64,000 nt of DNA from Octopus vulgaris (taxonomy: Eukaryota): positions 1,860,001 through 1,924,000 of the forward strand of contig OX597840.1 in NCBI GenBank assembly GCA_951406725.2, written 5' to 3'. Position numbers and translations under genes: made by a program. This document shows positions 56,133-64,000 of this stretch, piece after piece; the first letter of the stretch is position 1; every line of letters begins with the position of its first letter. Below the pieces are notes generated by a model. That model ran no database searches. It was not told the DNA's origin and worked only from the letters and a program-made list of their open reading frames with translations.

Positions 56133-56492
56133 AGAGAGCAACAGAGAGAGGAAGAGAGTGGTGTATATGTTTGCGTCTATGCATATATATGCATATAAAT
56201 ATGTATATGTGCAGATGTGTATTTGTGTACACCCACATCACTTATCTATCACGATCTGTCTATCTACCAACCTTTAATTATCTACACGCATGCATTCACA
56301 CACGGACACACAGTCACACGCATATATACATATATATACACAACACTTCTCTGATATAGCGCTATAGATATATCTATATATATATTAGAAAAGTGTGTAT
56401 GTGCGTAAATATATATAAATGCATGCATGCATGCATACATACATACGTACATATATACATACATATATGTATGCGTATATATACACACATAC

Positions 56493-56532
<40 letters not shown>

Positions 56533-56631
56533 TATATATTTATATATATATATACACACATATATGTATGGATATATATATATATGTATGCATGTATGTG
56601 TATAACTCTCTTGAGACACGTGTGTTTGGAA

Positions 56632-56684
<53 letters not shown>

Positions 56685-57526
56685 TACGTAAATAAATGAT
56701 TCACATACAATAGAAATGATTCACAACGATAAAAAAACGTAGAAAGTTGAGCGCTAAAAAAGAAACCAAAAATTATTTCATCTAAGATAAAATGGCGTAT
56801 AAAATGATTTGGTGCCGGTTTTTATTTGAGTAATTGATGTCGTTGTTTTATTTTTATGTTTGTCTTTTATTTTAACTTTTACGTTCAGTATAGTTTATTC
56901 ATTTTTTTTTCACTCATCTATTTATTTATTTAGTTATTTATTTGGTTGTTTGTTTTGTGTTTGTTTCGGGTGCTGAATAAATAAGTACTCGTTTTCCAAG
57001 ACGGCTCTGCTGTGATGTACCTCTAAAAAGTATATCTGTGACTAATAGTTTGCGATCGAAACAGGGAAGGGCTAACTTAATTCTAATACTAATAATAATG
57101 ACTTAGCCATTTTTCATGAAGAAGAAAAAGAGCTTGAAGAAGTGCAGGAAGAAGGAGATAAAGAAGAAGCACATTGGTAACGTGAAGAAGAAGAACACAA
57201 TGAAAGAAAACGATAAGTACACGTATTATAACAAGAGTTTAGAAAGAGAAATACTAGTAAAATATAAAACAGAAAAATGGAAAACATTAAAATGTGCTCC
57301 ATAGTTCACTAAAAATAGTGTATGTATGTATATATATATATATAGATATTAGAAAAACCCACCTTTTATCAAGGCAAAATGAATAATTAAATTACACCAT
57401 CTAGAAGGTTACATATAGTAGAAAAGTTAAAATTAAAATACCAATAAAAAGTAAAGATTAATTTAATTACAAAAATAATAAAAATGTACGAATAGGTAGA
57501 ACAACGACATTCCCTCAACTAATAAT

Positions 57527-57600
<74 letters not shown>

Positions 57601-57657
57601 CATTTCTAACTCTCTCTAAAGGAGACTGCTGAACCGGTACTGCATATTAATAGCTAA

Positions 57658-57868
57658 TATGGCAGTCCATAAATATAGGACAATAGGTGCCGTTGATTAG
57701 CTCCAAGTGGTTATCGCCTCTTGCTAGAAGGGGAAGCGGCTGATCTCCCCTCTTCGAAGGTTATAATGGACACAGGTCCGTATGTCATATAGCTAGCTAG
57801 ATAATATGGCCTTTTGGAGCAAATCAACGGTAGCTTTCGTCCTACATTTATAGAATGCCATAATTGCT
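57658..57868. repeat. Imperfect fold-back, about 210 bp
   Basis: TATGGCAGTCCATAAATATAGGAC..CCGTTGATTAGCTCCAA against TTGGAGCAAATCAACGG..GTCCTACATTTATAGAATGCCATA. Confidence 0.7.
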
Positions 57869-57878
57869 TCAGGATAAC

Positions 57879-57922
<44 letters not shown>

Positions 57923-57983
57923 CATATATATATATATACATATACATATACATACATACATACATACATACATACGTGCATAT

Positions 57984-58260
57984 GGCTCCTTGGCTTCAAG
58001 CGCTGGCTAGATAGGGCTGAGATAATTCCACGTTAGTGGTCTCAGTATGATCACCACTTTTGGTCCTGTGCCAGCACCTCTGCATCCTCCAAGGTTTTTT
58101 CCGAACACAGAAGATCTTCCCAGATCACGTGCAGACCTCTGGTGCGGGGGCCTTCCATGAGGCCCCCTTCAGACTCCCGCTGCTGAGCTGAACATGAACA
58201 AAGCCCTGGTATAATAGTCTATCAAGATACGGAGGACATGACCGTAGCAGCGCATGTGAT
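57984..58260 (-). pseudogene. Decayed RTE-like LINE C-terminal fragment
   Basis: HMRCYGHVLR....TRALF......RGPHGRP resembles the RxRWxGHVxR...RPRGRP motif. Confidence 0.6.
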
Positions 58261-58364
58261 AGATAGCTAGGAGGTGGGAGAATACTTGTATGTACGCACA
58301 CTCACGCATAATTATGAATATATATATATATATATACACATATATACACACACACATTTATATG

Positions 58365-58404
<40 letters not shown>

Positions 58405-58412
<8 letters not shown>

Positions 58413-58522
58413 TAGGAAGTATGGCTCCAAACTTACAGGGAATATTAGATTTAGTATTAAATTAAATTTCACAGTATAAATATATAAAATATCAATTCGA
58501 GATAAAATCACTATTAGGCTAG
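58405..58522. repeat. AT-rich repeat, homologue at 63478-63600
   Basis: TAATATTAGG.AGTAT..CTCCAAA.TTACA.GG..AA.TTA.ATTTAGTATTAAAT shared between the two sites. Confidence 0.7.
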
Positions 58523-58606
<84 letters not shown>

Positions 58607-58607
58607 G

Positions 58608-58672
<65 letters not shown>

Positions 58673-58677
<5 letters not shown>

Positions 58678-58752
58678 TAATCCAAACAAGAACGCACAAA
58701 AAACACAACGCGAGTACGTGGAACAAATATAGTATTATTGGACGCTCAGGAA
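58673..58752 (-). mobile_element. 3' fragment of family H1 (no ribozyme)
   Basis: AAGTTAATCCAAACAAGAA...GGACGCTCAGGAAAGA in (TA)n. Confidence 0.75.
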
Positions 58753-58763
58753 AGATATAGATA

Positions 58764-58820
<57 letters not shown>

Positions 58821-59451
58821 ATACATTTGTGTGTGGGTGGGTGCATGTGTGTACTTACAAACATATACATACCTATGTAAGTGCGAGCGCATGTATGACT
58901 GTATGTATGTACCATTATATATTTGTTACCAGAGCAGTTTTGTTCCAAACTCAGATTACAAACTTCAAAGATCTGTGCTCGCAATCTATATGCACAATTT
59001 TGAGCTATCTTGATCCATTTTGAGCGTTATAATGCATACGTGAAACATACGGAATAAGTTAAAGAATGACATTTTTAATTCAAATTATGAACATTATCTG
59101 TAAAATGCCTCAGGTGTCCAAATCGCAATTAATGAGATTAACAGGCGCTGAGTTAAAACGTTTTCAAAATTGTTTCAACATAACACAGGTGCCACGGCGT
59201 GTTTAGCTACATTCCAGTAATTCTTCGCTAGATTTTCACAGAAAATATGAATGCCAAATGTCTCAGTATTAAAAAAAAGTCTCAGAACAATACACCAGAG
59301 AAACACAAAGAATGCAGTTTCGAAAATGAAAAAGACGTCTTACCGCGGTAATGTTCTGTTAATCGACAATGTCATCTTTCGTATAAGGAAAAGAAAAAAA
59401 AATCGTAAAAGTGTACAATTCTGAGATGAATCTAAACAGGTAACTATATTC

Positions 59452-59499
<48 letters not shown>

Positions 59500-59585
59500 A
59501 ATCCAAACGGGAAACAAAAAAACAACAACAATGGAACAATTACAGTATTATTATTAATAGGCGCTCAGGAAATGGAAGCAGGGAG

Positions 59586-59620
59586 GTATGACGTTTCGAG
59601 CGGAGCTCTTCGTCGGAAAC
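59586..59620 (-). ncRNA. Minimal hammerhead motif, U4C core variant, at the PLE 3' terminus
   Basis: GUUU CCGACGA A GAGC UCC GCUC GAAAC GUC AUAC. Confidence 0.6.
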
Positions 59621-62530
59621 ATAAAGAAGGAAGAGAGAGGAAAGAAAGATCCCGGAGCGGGCAACGGAGATAGAGAAAAAAACGACTGGTGTTAGGAGTA
59701 GCACATGGTGAAAGGCGGATGTTTACGATAACAAGAGCAAAGTGGGTTTTTAAAGGCAAAAGAGTGGAGACAAGGTTGGTAACGCAACAGATGTGTGTGT
59801 ATGTGTGAGTGTGTGCGTGTGCGTGTGTGTATGTGTGTGTGTGAGGCGAGGTAAAAAAACAAAAAATATATGTATGTGTTAGTGTGTGCGTCTGTGTGTA
59901 GGCGTGTGAGGTAGGGCGAGACGGTGGTCAGCATAGCAGCAGCATAGCAGACAAAGGTCAGTAGTAAGAAAAGGAGGAAGGAGGAAGGGAGGGAGGGGAA
60001 GGGGTGGGGGCGTATGTAGCGTGCCAGCGTGTGTTGAGTAGTAGTGTGTGTGTGTGTCCAGTGTCGTGGTAGTATTAGTGGCGAGTAGATTGAATGTGTG
60101 TAAGAGTAATGTATATGTTTAAGCAATGTGTGTATATGTGTGCGCGTGTGTGTAACGAAAAAAAAGGGGGGGGTTTAGGAAAAGGACTCCAGCGGAGGGG
60201 AGATGGAAGAGTGGTCCCGCGGAGACGGGCGTGGGAAAACCCAACGACAAGCGACATCCCAGGAACGGGCGGGAGGTCTCGTCGGGTCCAAGGGCGAGGT
60301 GCATGCGGCACGCATGCGTGCGCGAGCCGGCGCAAGCGCGTGTGTGCGCGAGCCTGCGAGTGTGCGCGTACGTATGTGTGTGTGTGGATGTGTGAGTGTG
60401 TCTGTGTGTATGTCTGGGTGGCAGTGTGTCCGATGAATGTATGTGAGTATGTGTGTATATATGTGTGTGCATAGATGTATGTCCGTGTGTGTGTGTGTGT
60501 GTGTATGTGTATGAGTGTGTATGTATGTACGTGTGGGTGTGGGGAAGTGTGTGTATGTGCATGTGTGTGCGCGAACATACAGGTGGGTGAGTGAGTGCGT
60601 GTGTGTGTATGTATGTGTGAGTGTGTATGTATGTGTGTGTAGGATGCATGTATATGTATGGGTGTATGTATGCGTGTGTGTATGTATGTATGTGTACGTG
60701 CGTGTGTGTGTGTGTATGCGTGTAGGTGTGCGCGTGTGCATGCGTGAATGTATGTGCGTATGTGTGTATGTGTGCATGTGTGTGGGTATATATGTGTGTG
60801 CGTATATGTGTGTGTATGTGCGTACATGTGTGTGTGTATGCATGTGTGTGTGTAGGTGTGTAGGCGTGTGTGTATAGGTGTATGTATGTAAGTATGTATG
60901 GGTGTGTCCGTGTATGTGTGTATGTATGTGTGTGTATGTAGCTGTGTGGGCGTGTGTATATGTGTGTGTATGTAGGTGTGTGGGCGTGTGTATATAGGTG
61001 TATGTATGTATGTCTGGGTGTGTCCGTGCATGTTTGTGTGTGTGTGTGTATGCATGTGTATGTAGGTGTGTGTGTACGTGTGTAATGTATGTGTGTATGC
61101 GTGTGTATGCGTGCGTGTGTGTATGTAGGTGCGTGTGTATGTGTGTGGGAGTGTAGGTGTGTGTGTGCGTGTGCGTGTTTATGTTGGTGTGTGCGTATGT
61201 GAGTGTGAGTGTATGAGTGTTTGTCATGCATGTGTGTGCGCGTGCAGGTGAGTGTGTGTGTAAGTATGTGTGTGTGTATGTTTGTGTGAGTGTGTATGTG
61301 TGTATGTCTGTGTGTATGTATGTGCGTATAGGAGTATGTAGATATGTGTGTGTGTATGTATATGGGTGTATGTATGTATGTGTGTGTGTGTGCATGTGTA
61401 TAAGTATATGCGTGTGTGCGTATGTGTGTGTATGTGTATGTGTGTGTGTTTATGTATGTGTGTATGTATGTGTGTAGGCGTGAGTGTGTAGATGTATGTA
61501 TGTATGGGTGTGTGTCAGTGTGTGTTTGTGTGTGTGTGTAGGTAGATGTGTGTGTCTGAGTGAGGGTATGGCTGTGTAGGTGTGTGTGTGTATGAATGTA
61601 AGTGTGTGTGTATATACAAGTGTAATGTATGTATGTGGTGTGTGTGTGTGTGTATGTGTACGTGTGCGTGTGTATGTGTGTGTGTGTATGCGTGTGAGTG
61701 TGGGTGTATGTGTGTATGTCTGTGTGTGTGTATGTCTGAAGTGGGTATGTGTGTGTATGTATGTATGTGTGTGTGTGTGCGGGTATGTGTGTGTGTGTAT
61801 GTGTGTGTGTGAGTAGGTGTGCGTGTATGTATGTGGGTAGGGATGCATGCGAGTGTGTGGGTATGTATGCAAACATACGCAAGCGCACATCCGAAGCAAG
61901 CCCACACACACGAAGCGCGCTCACGCACACAGCGCACAAGCAGTGCAACGCAAGCCCAAAGGGGCCGACCGAGCCCCCAGCGCGCGCCAAGGCGCGCGAG
62001 CGCAAAGGCCCTCGAACGCCCCGCTGCGCGGGAACCGAGGATCCATCAGCCAAAACCGGAAAGCAGAAAAGAGGGGGGGGGGCTGCCTGGATGCAAAAAG
62101 GTGTATGTGTGTGTGCATTCAGTGTACGGGTGTGCATGTGTGGGTATGTATGTATGTATGTGCCTACATGTATGTGTGCATGTGTGTGTGTGTGAAGTAT
62201 GTACGTGCGGTGTGTGTGTGTGAGTGTGTGTGTATGTATGTGCGTATGTATGTGTGTGTGTATGTGTGTATGTATGTCTGTGTGTGTGTGTGTGTGTAAG
62301 TATGTATGTGTGTGTGTAAGTATATATGCGTGTGTGTATGTATGTATGTGTGTGTGTATGTGCATGTGTGTCTGTAAGTGTGTGTGATTAAATGTGTGAA
62401 TGTATGTACGTAGATGGGTCTACGTATGTGTGTGTGTGAACAGGCGTGTGGGAGGTAGGTGGGTGGGATATAGGTGGGTGTGTGTGTGTGGGTGGTGTGT
62501 CCGAAAAAAAAAAAAAAAAAAAAAACGGTC

Positions 62531-63468
62531 TCAAGAGGAGGGGGCTGTGTTAAGTCCGTGTGGGGTGGTAGTTTGTAGGGTGAAGATGTAGCGTTGCTCC
62601 AAGTGGAGCCTGGAAAGTGGGCGACCATTGTGGGGGGCGAGACCAAACACTGAGATGTCATCTCGGGAATGGCCGGCCGAGCGGAAGTGGCGTGCGACGG
62701 GAGAAAAAGAGTGTAGGCGAACGTCCCTCAAGTGTTCAGTGAAACGGTCGAACAACCGGCGTCCCGTCTGACCTACATACAGCATCCCGCATAGGTTGCA
62801 TTTAATGCAGTAAATAAGGCCAGACGAGGTGCACGTAAAAGAGTGCCTAATGCGTACAGTATGCAGGTTGGAGCCGGTGACAGCGGTGGTGTTGGTGATG
62901 AAGGGGCAAGTGTTGCAGCGGGATCTAGAGCAAGGGAATGTTCCGTGTGGGGCTGAGGGGGAAGGAGAGAGGGTGCTGTGGACCAGGAGGTCACGCAGAT
63001 TGCGGGCTCGTTTGAAAGAGGACAGGGGTGGGTTAGGGAAAATGGGGCGGGTGGTGGGATCAAGCTGGAGGCGACGGAAGGCACGTAGTATCTTGCGACG
63101 AAGGGGTAGGGTAGAGGGGTGGAAAAGGAGGGGGAAGGGGGTGCGGTTGGGGGTGGGCGGGGGGAAGGAGACAAGGCGGTAGTGCGGTCGATGCGACGGG
63201 CACGGGTGAGGGCATCAGAGAGGAGTGTGGGTGGGTAACCTCGGAGTCTGAACATGCGGGCCAGGTATTGAGATTGGGTCTCGAAATCCTGGTCGCGGCT
63301 GCACAAACGTCGGAGGCGGAGGAACTGGGAGTAGGGGATGGCTCGTTTGGTGTGGAAGGGGTGGGAGGAAGAGAAGTTGAGATAGAGGTGGGAATCCGTA
63401 GGTTTAAAGAAGGCGGTGGTGGTGAGAGAGCTGGAGGGGTGATCGATGCGGAGAGAGATGTCAAGGAA
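62531..63468 (-). pseudogene. PLE ORF C-terminus: RT motif 7 and thumb, Cys-rich linker, GIY-YIG endonuclease
   Basis: FLDI...FKPTDSHLYLNFSSSHP..TKRAIPYSQFLRLRRLCS...RGYP; one frameshift in a C-run near 63150; then FKRARNLRDLLVHS..CSRSRCNTC..GLIYCIKCNLCGMLYVGQTGRRLFDRFTEH..VARHF..LEQRYI..PHGLN, stop. Confidence 0.92.
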
Positions 63469-63853
63469 TATATATATTATAATATTAGGGAGTATAACTC
63501 CAAAGTTACATGGAAAAATTAAATTTAGTATTAAATGAAATTTTACAGTATGAATATATAAAATATAAAATATGAATTAGATATAAAACCATTATGCAAC
63601 TTAAACAGTGATAGACATAAACCAATATAGAAATAACAAATAATATATATGATTAATATAATGTATAAAATATATATATATTTTTTTTTCCAAAAAGTAT
63701 AAAAGTATAAAATGAATGATAAATTATATTATATTTATCATTCATTTTATAGTTTTTTGAAAAAAAAATTATATATATATTATATATTATATATTATATT
63801 CATTATATATATTCACTGTTTTAGTTGCAAAATAATGGTTTTATCTTTAATTC

Positions 63854-63972
<119 letters not shown>

Positions 63973-64000
63973 ATGATCGTTTTATCATTATATCAGTGGC

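Larger units (their letters stand above)
59493..63468 (-). mobile_element. Penelope-like element (Neptune type), 5'-truncated, about 4 kb
   Basis: Coding part at 62531-63468, a ~2.8 kb CA-rich tract, then an H1-like terminus with a hammerhead motif ending at (TA)n. Continuity across the CA tract is inferred. Confidence 0.75.

Overview
AT-rich, microsatellite-saturated eukaryotic DNA with no supportable host protein-coding exon; almost all listed ORFs are translations of (TA)n, (TG)n or trinucleotide repeats. The SINE repertoire suggests an octopus (coleoid cephalopod) genome (inference). Content: about 25 tRNA-derived SINE copies in 3-4 families; a 5'-truncated Neptune-type Penelope-like element (PLE: RT thumb, Cys linker, GIY-YIG; 59493-63468, minus); Dong/R4-type LINE fragments in (TAA)n; RTE and L1/Tx1 LINE relics; a Ty3/Gypsy gag-pol relic; nested mariner derivatives; a complete non-autonomous Helitron; a MITE with an 8-bp TSD; several fold-backs; and two near-identical 1.5-1.8 kb tandem duplications. 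The most notable signal is a set of at least 10 short, mostly ~200 bp elements, nearly all in (TA)n tracts, carrying minimal hammerhead-ribozyme motifs from several sequence families. These include intact CUGANGA cores, a U3-A8 covariant core and recurrent U4C cores. One family is homologous to the 3' terminus of the PLE, which suggests a non-autonomous, ribozyme-bearing, (TA)n-targeting retroelement system. All calls were read by eye, and boundaries are approximate unless a TSD or TIR is quoted.
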